A DNA stretch of 63,362 bases, filler included, from Candidatus Methanoxibalbensis ujae (GTDB lineage Archaea; Halobacteriota; Syntropharchaeia; Alkanophagales; Methanospirareceae): assembly GCA_026134085.1 (NCBI GenBank). It is 3 parts of 3 records of this genome, joined end to end, with 100 filler letters (N's around TTAATTAATTAA, not from the genome) between each part and the next. Parts side by side here need not be neighbours in the genome. Positions count along the whole stretch, not along the records: positions 1 to 21,441 come from JAOQIN010000030.1; 2 more parts are not named here. The stretch is one strand, 5' to 3'. The notes below the pieces were generated by a model that saw only the letters and a program-made list of their open reading frames with translations, was not told where the DNA came from and searched no databases. Position 1 is the stretch's first letter. Each line of letters begins with the position of its first letter. The translations under genes and the position numbers were made by a program. Of the stretch, positions 1 to 10,637 are shown piece after piece.

Positions 1-77
1 CCCTGATGCCAGAGGGTGCGTAAACCACCCCGTAGGTCTTATGACCTATAACCCCGCGAAAGCTGGGAGTAGTTTAC
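1..77 (+). mobile_element. Right end (3' of tnpB, omega-RNA region) of an IS200/IS605-family element, truncated by the window start
   Basis: CCCTGATGCCAGAGGGTGCG...TTATGACCTATAACCC.GCGA.AGC.GGGAGTAGTTTAC is near-identical to the minus-strand end of the tnpB element at 42089-42156. Similarity stops right after TTAC at 77. Subterminal hairpin present. Confidence 0.85.
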
Positions 78-207
78 TCCGTTTGGCACGCTTCCTCTTT
101 TTGGATTCGGGAAAGCGTCCCCTGATGCTATTGGTGCTGTTGGCGGACACCACAGCCCCTCCTGTGTTGTCAGATTTTCACCGCGCAAGCAGCGTAGCAA
201 TAGGACG

Positions 208-1302
208 CTATGACTTCCAGCGCACCCCCACCTCCGATTTGATCAGAACATCTTTCACGCGCTCAACGACTTCTCTCACATCATCTCTGATGTTATCGCC
301 GCTGCTGTGTGTGTCATGCAGTTTTTCGTATGCATTTCTGTCGCATTTTGCCCCTGAAACTGTTATGAATATGATCGCCCAGCTGCGAGCGACATTTTTG
401 CTGTATCCTCCGCCGCCGAGGACGAGATAGCGTCCATCACAGGTGTCATGCGATATATTATGCATGATGCGGGCTATTTCCTCATATGCGTGCGTCGTCA
501 GCGAAAGACCGACGAGCGGGTCCTCATAGTGCGAGTCAACGCCGAACTGCTGAATGATGACATCAGGCCTGAACGCTGATATGAGCGGCGGAACAATCTC
601 ACGGAACGCATATATATATGATTTGTCGTCTGTTCCTGCGGGAAGCGGCACATTCACAGCATATCCCTCCCCCTCACCTTCGCCCGTCTCATTCACATCT
701 CCCGTTCCCGGATAGAATCCAGGACCATAACGGTGAAAGGATATCGTGAGCACATCTTTCTCCTCATAAAACTCCTCCTGTGTGCCATCGCCGTGATGAC
801 CGTCGACATCAACTATCGCAACTTTCATCCCTTTCTTCAGAAAGAACCTCGCCGCTATCGCAACATCGTTGAACACACAGAATCCAGCAGCTCTGTCGCT
901 GCGTGCGTGATGCCAGCCGCCGCCAAAATTGAAAGCATGCGCAACTCTGCCAGAGAGAATAAGCCTCGCCCCCTCCAGAGAGCCGCCAACCCTCGCAACC
1001 GCACCGTCATATATCCCCCTGGTCACAGGAGTATCTCCAAAATCAAGCACTCCATAACCCCTCTCACTCATCCTCTTCACAAAATTTATGTAATCCTCTG
1101 TGTGAACAAGCATCAATTCGTCCTCTGTCGCAGGTGGAGGCTCGACTAACAGCACATATTCATCATCAAACACATTTAAACCCTTCAATATCTCAAGCGT
1201 CTGCTTGCATCTGTCAGGTTTCAGCGGGTGTGTCCTGCCAAGATTGTATTTCAAATATGTGTCGCTGTATATAAACGCGGAAAAATGTTCTCTATTCTCC
1301 AT
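208..1302 (-). CDS. Histone deacetylase / acetoin utilization AcuC family Zn-dependent deacetylase
   Basis: Motifs HPLKP, GGGWHHA, GFCVFND, DVDGHHGDG, NVPLP, GVDSH, GGGGY. Confidence 0.92.
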   Translation of the reverse strand: MENREHFSAFIYSDTYLKYNLGRTHPLKPDRCKQTLEILKGLNVFDDEYVLLVEPPPATEDELMLVHTEDYINFVKRMSERGYGVLDFGDTPVTRGIYDGAVARVGGSLEGARLILSGRVAHAFNFGGGWHHARSDRAAGFCVFNDVAIAARFFLKKGMKVAIVDVDGHHGDGTQEEFYEEKDVLTISFHRYGPGFYPGTGDVNETGEGEGEGYAVNVPLPAGTDDKSYIYAFREIVPPLISAFRPDVIIQQFGVDSHYEDPLVGLSLTTHAYEEIARIMHNISHDTCDGRYLVLGGGGYSKNVARSWAIIFITVSGAKCDRNAYEKLHDTHSSGDNIRDDVREVVERVKDVLIKSEVGVRWKS

Positions 1303-1469
1303 ACCTCATCCTCCCCTCCTTTCCATTACCTTTACATAACTTCTTGTTTTCGCCCGCATGATTCGTGAAGCTGTGATCAAAGATTTTTCAAAGGCTCACC
1401 TGCACATCACAACCTGCACATCACAAAATCTCAACAGCATCACCAGGACAATCATTGCGATTGCACAAT

Positions 1470-3119
1470 TCAGGATTCCTCGGATATCAAACAGATGAAA
1501 GCGATGAGCGCATCTAACTGAATGTTTTCATTTGCACCTTCTGCGATTCTGAAATCAGTCTCGCCTATTCTGTTGAGAATTTCCACTTTTTTCTCGGCCG
1601 GGATTTTCATTCTCATTATTGATCTGTGCATTTGAGCGAGTATTTCATCAGCGAATATTCCCTCATCACGCAATTCATCAAGCTTTCGCAGCGCAGTCGT
1701 GAAGTCGCCTGATAGCGCTTTTCGCAGCAGGAACTCTATCTGCTCAGGACGAGCGGTTGCTGTTATTTCATATATCATTTCCGCGGTTATCCGCATTCCC
1801 AGCGCTGCAGCGCTCTGGAGCGTGTTTATAGCCCTGCGCATGTCACCGTTCGCAACAAACACAATGGCATTGAGAGCCTCATCCGTCAATTCCAGACCCT
1901 CCTGCTCCGCAATATATCTTATGCGACGGGCAATGGCATCATCAGAAAGAGGTCTGAACCTGAAAATCGCGCATCTTGACTGAATAGGTTCTATTAACTT
2001 TGCGGATAAATTCACGCTGAATATGAATCTGCATATCTCAGAATATTGTTCCATTGTTCTTCTGAGTGCGGATTGTGCGTCATGCGTGAGAGCATCCGCT
2101 TCATCGAGAAAAATTATCTTGAAAGGAGCATTAAGCGGGACGCTTCTCGCGAAGTTTTTTATGCTTGTTCGCACAGTGTCAATCCCACGCTCGTCGCTGT
2201 TGTGGAGAAGCACGGGAATATCTCCGCCTCCCCAGAACATCTCGCTTCCCGGCACCGAGATATCATAAACAAAATCATCATAATCCCTCACATCAATGCG
2301 CTCAATAAAAACCACAGACAACATTGAACGCAACAAACGCACAAGTTTCACAAATTTTTCATGTTGAATCCCGCTGCTGACGCTTATATCGCCGATGTCA
2401 CTCAGAATGCGCATCACAGCTTCTTTCTTCGTTCTGATCACTCCAACATCTCCGAAATGATGCAGAACAGATCGGCGACCGATTATGCACTCGAGCAGAT
2501 GAACAACAGTTTTAACAGGTAAGAACCCGCGAGATGATTGCGACTGTGATGAGAAATTATAAGATTGAAAGGATATAAGAAGGTCGCCAGCCGAAAGCTC
2601 AGATACTTTCTTCGGAATCAGATTTCCATATTCATCTAAAACAATCACTGAATGGCTCAAACTCGCCCTCAATCTGCCACCTTCATATCTTATTTCCGCT
2701 ATTTTACTCACTTTATGCCTGAAAATATGTGATGCCTGTAGAAATTTTATTTCATAATTTCTGTCAATGGACAACACATCAAAATGAACTCTCGCGTATT
2801 TACCGCTTCCATATCTGGAAGCCAGTTCAGCGAAGTTCGTCCTCTTTATCTTTCCCCCCTCCCTCACGAGCAGAGGTGTTTCAGGTGCGACGCTCGCATT
2901 CAGCTCAATGAAATTATCACGCCACCTATCACCGAAGAACTCCTTTGCCAGTGCCACTGCCGCAGCTGTCTTGCCGACTCCCGCGGGACCCGCAAATATG
3001 AGATGAGGCATGTTTCCGCTCTTTACATAAGATTGCAGGTTTCTCACTATCGCATCTTGACCGATAATCTCTGAAAGGCGACTCGGACGGTATTTCTCTA
3101 TCCAGACCTCCTCCCCCAT
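1470..3119 (-). CDS. rfcS: Replication factor C small subunit, intein-containing
   Basis: WIEKYRP, Walker A GPAGVGKT, IELNA|SDERGID split by an insert, FLDEAD, AQSALRRTME, QSRC. Confidence 0.95.
   Translation of the reverse strand: MGEEVWIEKYRPSRLSEIIGQDAIVRNLQSYVKSGNMPHLIFAGPAGVGKTAAAVALAKEFFGDRWRDNFIELNASVAPETPLLVREGGKIKRTNFAELASRYGSGKYARVHFDVLSIDRNYEIKFLQASHIFRHKVSKIAEIRYEGGRLRASLSHSVIVLDEYGNLIPKKVSELSAGDLLISFQSYNFSSQSQSSRGFLPVKTVVHLLECIIGRRSVLHHFGDVGVIRTKKEAVMRILSDIGDISVSSGIQHEKFVKLVRLLRSMLSVVFIERIDVRDYDDFVYDISVPGSEMFWGGGDIPVLLHNSDERGIDTVRTSIKNFARSVPLNAPFKIIFLDEADALTHDAQSALRRTMEQYSEICRFIFSVNLSAKLIEPIQSRCAIFRFRPLSDDAIARRIRYIAEQEGLELTDEALNAIVFVANGDMRRAINTLQSAAALGMRITAEMIYEITATARPEQIEFLLRKALSGDFTTALRKLDELRDEGIFADEILAQMHRSIMRMKIPAEKKVEILNRIGETDFRIAEGANENIQLDALIAFICLISEES
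2199..2894 (-). mobile_element. 232-aa intein in rfcS, no recognisable homing endonuclease
   Basis: Insert begins with Ser (SVAPETP), has SLSHS (block B-like) and VYDISVPG (block F), ends in His-Asn followed by Ser; it interrupts the conserved ELNASDERG motif. Confidence 0.9.
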
Positions 3120-3254
3120 CTCAGGGCACCTGACATTAACTCAATCGTCGGCAACCTTTATATATGGGGAGCATGATCATAGATTCGAGAAGAAGCATCG
3201 CTGAGGGAGAAAGGAGATTCCCGATATACGGGGAAATGAGAAATATCAGAGGCT
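3120..3254 (+). promoter_or_regulatory. CRISPR leader, shared with the divergent rfcS upstream region
   Basis: 135 bp non-coding stretch 5' of repeat 1, containing TATA-like CTTTATATAT at ~3156-3165. Confidence 0.6.
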
Positions 3255-4697
3255 GTTAAACACGGACTATGGTAGGATTGAAAGCAACAGGCCATACACA
3301 AAAAGAAAAAAAGAAAAAGAAAGTTAAACACGGACTATGGTAGGATTGAAAGAACACTATACACAGGCGGCACTGTATTTCATGTGTATGTTAAACACGG
3401 ACTATGGTAGGATTGAAAGCTCCTCTCTCTTTCCCGTGTTCCATGCATGAACAGGCGTTAAACACGGACTATGGTAGGATTGAAAGGGAGTCAGCAATCA
3501 CAGGAGTGAATGGTAGAATGACCTTGTTAAACACGGACTATGGTAGGATTGAAAGCTGCTCCAAAGGCACAAATCGCTCCCAGTTCATCACTGTTAAACA
3601 CGGACTATGGTAGGATTGAAAGAACTATCTACTCATTGACGAGATAGGGCGAATGCGGGTTAAACACGGACTATGGTAGGATTGAAAGAATATTAGGTTG
3701 GTTCGACCATCTGAGATGAAAGTGTTAAACACGGACTATGGTAGGATTGAAAGTATATTCTTTTCCCTTCTTTTTATTCTTTTCGCTCAAGGTTAAACAC
3801 GGACTATGGTAGGATTGAAAGGGTCTCAACAAACCGCCTCGGCTCCCTATATGGGTAGTTAAACACGGACTATGGTAGGATTGAAAGTAGAATGTGAGCC
3901 CGTTTCTGTCTTCGTCGTTTAAAGTTAAACACGGACTATGGTAGGATTGAAAGAAGCACCTGCGTTACCTCTGCTGCTCTAAACGGCCTCGTTAAACACG
4001 GACTATGGTAGGATTGAAAGGTTTACGCAAGTTTAATCACGGCAATTGGGCGGATCAAGTTAAACACGGACTATGGTAGGATTGAAAGTGCAAGTAAGCG
4101 CTTATCCGTTTTCTAGTGATATTGGGTTAAACACGGACTATGGTAGGATTGAAAGATAAGCTGGTCATCTCTACTCAAGCGATATCAATGAGTTAAACAC
4201 GGACTATGGTAGGATTGAAAGGTACATAGGGGAGGCAGGCAACATACGCTCTCAGGAGTTAAACACGGACTATGGTAGGATTGAAAGATGCGCGACTAAA
4301 AAAAGTATTTTAGGGTATTTTAAGTTAAACACGGACTATGGTAGGATTGAAAGAAATGAGGTTTCAAACAGTTTCTTATCATTCTGATAAAGTTAAACAC
4401 GGACTATGGTAGGATTGAAAGGCGTTATCTCTGCCACTTTAAATGGACTCGCTCGCTCAAGTTAAACACGGACTATGGTAGGATTGAAAGAAAATCCAGA
4501 TATACTCATTTTTGCTCAAGCCTACCCTGTTAAACACGGACTATGGTAGGATTGAAAGCGCTCTCATTTCCTCTCTTAACTCTTCTATTTGCTCCGTTAA
4601 ACACGGACTATGGTAGGATTGAAAGCAGATAAAGAATATATGACGCACATGAAGCGCACAAAATCGTGTTAAACACGGACTATGGTAGGATTGAAAG
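3255..4697 (+). CRISPR. CRISPR array: 22 identical 30-bp repeats GTTAAACACGGACTATGGTAGGATTGAAAG, 21 spacers of 35-42 bp
   Basis: Repeats counted directly; first at 3255, last at 4668-4697. The 3' ATTGAAAG tag gives + orientation (Class 1-type repeat). No cas genes in the window. Confidence 0.98.
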
Positions 4698-5458
4698 ATG
4701 CTTCAGATTTTACATACAAAGAGCAGAGGTGGCGTGGAGAGCTGAGCAAGGAAGAGAAGCCGAATAACTTAACGCATGGATGGTAAATCCATTTCAGGTG
4801 AAAACTTAGCGGTCTCATCTCTATAGCTTTGTTTACTTGCCCGTATATCAAAGCCCGTATATCAAAGCGGATAAGCCAGAATTGACAAGCTTGGATAATC
4901 CTCAATTAAGCTCTCTGTAATCAATGAGCATGTAAACGCGCCACCTTCATGCCCATCATATGGTTACCTTCCCTCTGCTTAACTTCTCTAAATATTAGAC
5001 AATGAAATCCGAAGAATATGCCACGAGCTACGAGTTTTTCATTTCTCTCCAGTTTCTATCTTTATATTTCTTTCTCCCACGCTCTTCATAAATCATTTCA
5101 TAGGAAACCATACCTCCTTAAAGCAACAAAGCACCGAAATCACAAATTGAAGTTCCGTCATCTCAACGCGAAAGAGATAATGAAAATTTCCTTTTGTTTT
5201 GGCCTGACTCAAAGAGATGAAGGACAAAACTGAATGTCATTCATGCAGTTGTAATGAAATGCACTTGCAATGTAAGGATGTTTGCAAATATCATGGAATA
5301 TGATGGATGGGAAGGGCGGCGGAAGTCATTGCTGTGGCTGTTATGGGAGTTTGTGCGGTGAGAGAGACAGATGATACAATGAGAGACAGATGACACAATG
5401 CGTGATGGGATAAATATGTAATATGTATTGATGAAGAGGTGATAAATGAGGAGAGGGA

Positions 5459-6319
5459 ATGAAGAGAATTGCGTTTTACGGGAAGGGGGGCATTGGCAAG
5501 TCAACGATTGTTACGAATATTGCAGCAGTTTATGCAGAAAGGGGGAAGAAGGTTATGGTTGTCGGCTGCGATCCGAAAGCAGATTGCACGAGGAATTTGA
5601 TAGATGAGGAGATTCCCACAGTTCTTGATGTGATGCGTGAGAGAGGTGTTGTGAAGGGTTATGAGGAGATAGATGTGAGTGAAGTTGTGTATGAGGGGAG
5701 GATGGGCATTTTATGTGTGGAGTGCGGAGGTCCTGAGCCGGGTGTGGGGTGTGCCGGGCGTGGCGTGATTGTCGCGACTGATCTGCTCAGGAGGATTGGA
5801 GCGTATGAAGGTGTTGATGTGGTGCTTTATGATGTGCTCGGCGATGTTGTGTGTGGGGGATTTGCAATGCCTCTCCGTGAAGGTCTCGCATCTGAGGTAT
5901 ACATTGTCACATCTGCTGATTTTCTCGCAATATACGCAGCAAATAACATATGCAAGGGGATTGTGAGATACGCATCCAGAGGAGGCTCTCTGCTCGGCGG
6001 CATCATTTACAATGTGAGAGGTTCCTTTGAAAATGCGCAGGCTGTGTCAAAATTCGCATCTCTCATAGGTTCAAGGGTGATAGGCAGCATACCGAACAGC
6101 AAGATCATAAGCGAGAGTGAGATCGCCTCAATGACTGTTGTTGAATATGCACCATCATCAGATATAGCACAGATCTTCAGAAAGCTCGCGGAAGATGTTT
6201 ACAGAAACCAAAATGCAGTTGTTCCCAGACCCCTCTCAAAAGAAGCGCTTAAGGAGATCGCCATGAACTCCCGACGCTCAACCCGAGGACATCCTCAATC
6301 AACCACCTCGCCCACTTGA
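5459..6319 (+). CDS. NifH/CfbC-family (nitrogenase reductase-like) Fe-protein ATPase
   Basis: [45 protein letters not shown]; both 4Fe-4S Cys ligands present. Confidence 0.92.
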   Translation: MKRIAFYGKGGIGKSTIVTNIAAVYAERGKKVMVVGCDPKADCTRNLIDEEIPTVLDVMRERGVVKGYEEIDVSEVVYEGRMGILCVECGGPEPGVGCAGRGVIVATDLLRRIGAYEGVDVVLYDVLGDVVCGGFAMPLREGLASEVYIVTSADFLAIYAANNICKGIVRYASRGGSLLGGIIYNVRGSFENAQAVSKFASLIGSRVIGSIPNSKIISESEIASMTVVEYAPSSDIAQIFRKLAEDVYRNQNAVVPRPLSKEALKEIAMNSRRSTRGHPQSTTSPT

Positions 6320-6980
6320 GCTTTTTCCTCTTTCGCTCGCTCACTCTCTCATCGTTCAGGTCAAAGCCAATGAAGTGTGTTTTTGAAGCGCCGAAGTGGA
6401 CTGCAAGAAACGCACACCTGTCGCCATCTGTGAATCCTCCGTAATTTCTCATGATGCCAGAAGGGCGGCTCTGCGTCGTGCATATAACACGCTCATTCAG
6501 CTCGGGCAAAACATCTCGCACCTGCTCCATATTGTCACCGTGCGCGTGCACAACAACAAATGCACCGAGACGGTTCGCAAAAATGATGTCCGCAATAAAG
6601 CCGTCAAGGTCTGTCACGATTATGTCAGGTATGATGGCATGATGAAGCAGAACAGAAGTCGCACCATCCGCAGAAATTATCACTTTTCCCTCTGTGTCAG
6701 TGCTGCGAATTTCTTCATCCAGATTATGCGAGTTTCCACATATAATGACTTCATTCCCCTCAATTATCCTCATCAACTCCCCCTCCAAATCGTGAATGTC
6801 CTTCCCCACTCTTGAAAGCTTTCTTGATAGAATCTCACTCGCTCTCCTCGCAGACTCCTCGTCTTTTTGCCTGTCAAATCCAAAATCCTCCAGGATGCGC
6901 TCGTAAATTGCTTCCCAGTCCTCAATACTGATTTTGAGGCTGCCCCTCATCACACACATCACACACATCACACACATCAT
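6249..6980 (-). CDS. mptE: 6-hydroxymethyl-7,8-dihydropterin pyrophosphokinase (DUF115); true start uncertain because of a tandem repeat
   Basis: [41 protein letters not shown]. Confidence 0.88.
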   Translation of the reverse strand: MMCVMCVMCVMRGSLKISIEDWEAIYERILEDFGFDRQKDEESARRASEILSRKLSRVGKDIHDLEGELMRIIEGNEVIICGNSHNLDEEIRSTDTEGKVIISADGATSVLLHHAIIPDIIVTDLDGFIADIIFANRLGAFVVVHAHGDNMEQVRDVLPELNERVICTTQSRPSGIMRNYGGFTDGDRCAFLAVHFGASKTHFIGFDLNDERVSERKRKKLKWARWLIEDVLGLSVGSSWRSP

Positions 6981-7112
6981 TCCATCACACTTTCATCACA
7001 TCTTCTCTCTCCAGTTCACATCTCCAGTTCACATCCCGACCATAACAAGCTCAAAGCAGACAGCACGCGCCCGATTCTGATGAGCTCATTTCCTGATCTC
7101 CTGCCGTTTTTT

Positions 7113-8357
7113 TCAGATTGAGAAAAGAACATGCTTCTTCGTCCTTCTTCTCAGCTCCTCTTCCATTCTGCATCGCAATGCTTTCTCATCAACAGCTGCG
7201 AAATCACTTCCCCTTCGGTGTTTTACAGGGATCTCGCTCTCATGAAATGTGAATATGCCGCGTTCAGCGAGCTTTTCATATGCGATGGGGGAGAGTTCAC
7301 GCCCGTATATGATTGCTGAAACCCCCTTTTCAGCGAGCATCTCAGCTGTCTTTGGCCCTGCTCCGCTGCCATCCTCAATAAACAGCACATCTCCACGCTC
7401 CAATCCGAACTTTCTCTCAACTTCCTCAATCCCCTTCCTGCTGAAATTCCTCAACACCTTCACACGCATGAAACCTTCATGCACCATCTCCCCCTTGAGC
7501 TCCTTTATAAAATCCTTCAAACGCGCATTCTCCTCACGAACACTCTTTAATTGCGATTTCAAGCGCGAAATCTCAGCTCTCAACTCCTTCACAATGCGCT
7601 CCCGCATCACTTCCCTCCTCATTTCAAAAATTCTGCTGCGCAGTTTTTCATGCAATTCAGCTATTTCTCGCTTTTTACAATCAAGTTCGCATTTCAATCG
7701 CTCCTGAAATTCTTTTAATCTCTCTATTTCCTCATCTTTCTGCCTTATTTCTGCTCTCAATCGCTCAATATAATCCTTTCCGTTGACAGATTTATCGGCA
7801 CTTTCCGCCCTCTGTTTGTCGTGCGAGTCCGCTTTTTCGCTGTTGTTGAGCAGCATGTTTATCGCTTTCTGTATTGAAATGCCGCGGATAACCATTGCCT
7901 TGACATCCTCCTCAATCTCAGGTGGCGTTTTCTTGCCGACCTGTGCAAATTTCTTTTTATATCTGTTGAAGGCGTCAATGCATGCAGCCAGCGCATCTCT
8001 TTCGTGTGTGTTTTTGCATCTGTATCCGTATTTTGCAGTCAGCTTCTCCTTGTATTCAACAGTCATTGAGGCTTTCAGCTCGTTCACAACAGATGCGAAG
8101 ATGCTCCCCATCTTCCTGACCGCTGATGGTGTCGGAGATACATCTGTAGCGACGATAACCGGCTTTCCATAAGATATTATCCTGTTGATTATATCACTGA
8201 ATGAGCAGTTCTTCGCGCTGAACACATCAAGCAGCCTGCCGTTCAGGTCCATGATCGCCACGCCAACTGTTGTTCCGGGGTCTATCCCGACAATGATGTG
8301 ACGATGCCTCACATTTACAGTTTCGTAATTCTTTAAATAAAACTGACATCGCACCAA
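7113..8357 (-). CDS. DUF460 family protein (RNase H-like N-terminus plus coiled coil)
   Basis: IVGIDPGTTVG, IVATDV, HERDALAA, long coiled coil, C-terminal DGSGAG. Confidence 0.8.
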   Translation of the reverse strand: MVRCQFYLKNYETVNVRHRHIIVGIDPGTTVGVAIMDLNGRLLDVFSAKNCSFSDIINRIISYGKPVIVATDVSPTPSAVRKMGSIFASVVNELKASMTVEYKEKLTAKYGYRCKNTHERDALAACIDAFNRYKKKFAQVGKKTPPEIEEDVKAMVIRGISIQKAINMLLNNSEKADSHDKQRAESADKSVNGKDYIERLRAEIRQKDEEIERLKEFQERLKCELDCKKREIAELHEKLRSRIFEMRREVMRERIVKELRAEISRLKSQLKSVREENARLKDFIKELKGEMVHEGFMRVKVLRNFSRKGIEEVERKFGLERGDVLFIEDGSGAGPKTAEMLAEKGVSAIIYGRELSPIAYEKLAERGIFTFHESEIPVKHRRGSDFAAVDEKALRCRMEEELRRRTKKHVLFSI

Positions 8358-8490
8358 TCCCGATCCTGCGCAGAAAGCGCTTGCCGTGAGGTTATTAAGT
8401 TATTCATCCAGATAATATCTGTTATCTCCGAAAAAATTATCAATAATGTTTTTAAATCACTGTATTTTCATGCATGTGTGGTGCGGAATA

Positions 8491-9156
8491 ATGCACATAT
8501 CTGATGGCATATTGACGCCGATGTGGTGTCTGGTGTGGTATGTTATTTCACTGCCTTTTATTGCGGTGGGAGTGTGGCGGATAAAGCGGAGGATGGAGGA
8601 GAATGCGTCGTATATGCCCATACTTGCGATGATAGGTGCTGTGATTTTCATAATTGCGGTGTGGCACATTCCTGTTCCAGTGACTGGCTCATGTTCGCAT
8701 CCCATAGGCACGCCAATGGCAGCGATAATCGTCGGTCCTTTTGTGACAGTTGTTTTGAGTGCAATTGCGCTGTTCTTTCACATATTCATCGGGCATGGTG
8801 GCATCACAACACTCGGCGCAAGCACTGTGTCAATGGGTATCGCAGCCCCATTCAGCGGCTATCTGCTGTACATCCTTTTCAGGAAGATGAATGCGCCACT
8901 CTGGCTGTCAGCGGGCGTTGCAGGATTCGTGGGAGATATAGTGTGTTATCTGACGACTGCGCTTCAGCTCGCATTATCGCTGAATCCCGATACAGTTGTC
9001 TCGCACTGGATGATGTATTCAGCGGGCTACATGCCAACACAGCTTCCACTCGCAGTTGCTGAGTTCATATTCAGCGCGGGAATTGTGCAGTATATCGCAG
9101 ACAGGAGACCCGATCTGTTTGAAGTTGGGATGGGAGGTGATGTCCCTCATGTCTGA
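8491..9156 (+). CDS. cbiM: Cobalt ECF transporter S component
   Basis: N-terminal MHISDGIL, PVPVTGSCSHPIG, GHGGITTLGA, PTQLPLA. Confidence 0.92.
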   Translation: MHISDGILTPMWCLVWYVISLPFIAVGVWRIKRRMEENASYMPILAMIGAVIFIIAVWHIPVPVTGSCSHPIGTPMAAIIVGPFVTVVLSAIALFFHIFIGHGGITTLGASTVSMGIAAPFSGYLLYILFRKMNAPLWLSAGVAGFVGDIVCYLTTALQLALSLNPDTVVSHWMMYSAGYMPTQLPLAVAEFIFSAGIVQYIADRRPDLFEVGMGGDVPHV

Positions 9157-9493
9157 CTTTGTTGACAGGTTTACGATGACAGCACTGGTTTTGATGGTCG
9201 GAATAACCACCGCGTTTGTCATCTGTGCATACATCGGACATCTGGGCGAGGTGGGGGAAATGGATGGCACAGATGCGATTGTTGAGGAGATGGCAGCAGA
9301 CACCGTCGGTAAAGAGACGACATCTGTGTTGCCAGCATTCCTCACCGACATCGTCGGCGAACCTCTCGGTTTCACAATTGCCGGAATTGCCGCGGGGTTT
9401 ATCGTCGGATACTTCTGGATTGATATATCTGCATCCGGTGCGTCTGAGAGGTCTGAGAGGTCTGGGAGGTCTGGGCGGAACAGCAGGGAATGA
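9149..9493 (+). CDS. cbiN: CbiN-like cobalt transporter accessory membrane protein
   Basis: Two hydrophobic segments around a DGTD loop, GFIVGYFW motif, position right after cbiM. Confidence 0.7.
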   Translation: MSDFVDRFTMTALVLMVGITTAFVICAYIGHLGEVGEMDGTDAIVEEMAADTVGKETTSVLPAFLTDIVGEPLGFTIAGIAAGFIVGYFWIDISASGASERSERSGRSGRNSRE

Positions 9494-9570
9494 GATGAGT
9501 GAGAGAGGAGTAGAGAGTGAGTGGTGAGTGCGAGAGAGGAGAGAGAAGAGTGGAAAGGGAGGGCACAAAA

Positions 9571-9717
9571 ATGGAGTGGCTTTCTGGCGGTCCGTTACTT
9601 GGTGTGGGAACTACGATCGGATTTTTCTCAGCGTTGATCATAGGGTATCACATCCGTCTGCTGAGGGAGAGGAAAGCAGCGTCAGGTGAAGAGCGTGGAG
9701 CGATAAATGAGAAGTGA
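9571..9717 (+). CDS. Small single-pass membrane protein in the cbi transporter operon
   Basis: MEWLSGGPLLGVGTTIGFFSALIIGYH hydrophobic stretch, co-oriented between cbiN and cbiQ. Confidence 0.45.
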   Translation: MEWLSGGPLLGVGTTIGFFSALIIGYHIRLLRERKAASGEERGAINEK

Positions 9718-9759
9718 CGATAAATGAGAAGTGACGGGCGAGGAGCAAAGCGAGGAGAG

Positions 9760-10590
9760 ATGCGCTTCACGGATCTGATTCATGATGTGGACATAGAGAG
9801 GCTGGTTGTGAGGAGGGTTTCTGTGATTCATCGGATTGATGCGCGTGTGAAAATCCTGTCAGCACTTGCGCTCATAGTCGGCGTCATTTTCATGAGATGT
9901 GTCATCATCCCTCTTTTCATCTTCATCACAGCGACAATTGTCGCCATTGGAGTTCTCAGGATACCGCTCAGGACATATCTGAATCGTCTGATCGTCATGC
10001 CTTTCTCAGTTGCGGGTGTTGTGTTTCTGGTTTATGTATTGACGCAGATTGGAGATAAGGAAATCGCATCGTTCTTTGGTCTGCGGATATATGAGGAGTC
10101 TCTCCATTTCGCCGTTCTGCTGTTCACGCGTATAGTCGCGTCAGTTTCCGTGCTCAACATAATTGTGATGACAACACCGCTCAATGATGCTGTGAGGGCC
10201 ATGCTCTGGTTCAGGGTGCCCGGGGTCATGGTTGACATCGCTGTCATGATGCTGCGATATGTTCATCTGCTCTCGGTGGAGGCTGTGCGGATGTATCGTG
10301 CGCAGGTCTCCCGGTGCGGATTTGCTGGAAATCTCAGCTACAGGCAGAAACTGATGAATATTGGCACCATAGCAGGTGCGCTCATGTTGCGTGCGTTTAA
10401 ACGCGGCGAACGCGTATACATCGCAATGCTCTCACGGGGATACTCCGCAAATTCGCGGATCATTCAACATGAACCGATGTCGGCGAAAGATGCACTCACG
10501 GCAACTGCGATAGTAGCACTGACTGTTGGGCTCGTGTTCATTGATTTTTATTTTTTATGTGCTGTGCTGATTGTGAGGTGCTGCTGCTGA
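9760..10590 (+). CDS. cbiQ: Cobalt ECF transporter T component
   Basis: IHRIDARVK, TTP, RYV, RAFKRGERVYIAMLSRGY. Confidence 0.9.
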   Translation: MRFTDLIHDVDIERLVVRRVSVIHRIDARVKILSALALIVGVIFMRCVIIPLFIFITATIVAIGVLRIPLRTYLNRLIVMPFSVAGVVFLVYVLTQIGDKEIASFFGLRIYEESLHFAVLLFTRIVASVSVLNIIVMTTPLNDAVRAMLWFRVPGVMVDIAVMMLRYVHLLSVEAVRMYRAQVSRCGFAGNLSYRQKLMNIGTIAGALMLRAFKRGERVYIAMLSRGYSANSRIIQHEPMSAKDALTATAIVALTVGLVFIDFYFLCAVLIVRCCC

Positions 10591-10637
10591 TTGTGAGGCC
10601 TGATTGTGAGCTGCTGATTGTGAACTGACGAATCAAA

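Noticed and set aside
3285..3322. A-rich spacer 1 and T-rich spacer 8 as self-targeting spacers
   Set aside because: Only low-complexity resemblance to A/T tracts; no real match seen in the window.
3404..3613. 69-aa ORF (and 4669-4905) overlapping the CRISPR array
   Set aside because: Translation of repeats and spacers.
5459..6319. Evidence for nitrogen fixation
   Set aside because: No nifDK/nifEN/nifI nearby; NifH-like paralogs are standard in MCR-containing archaea.
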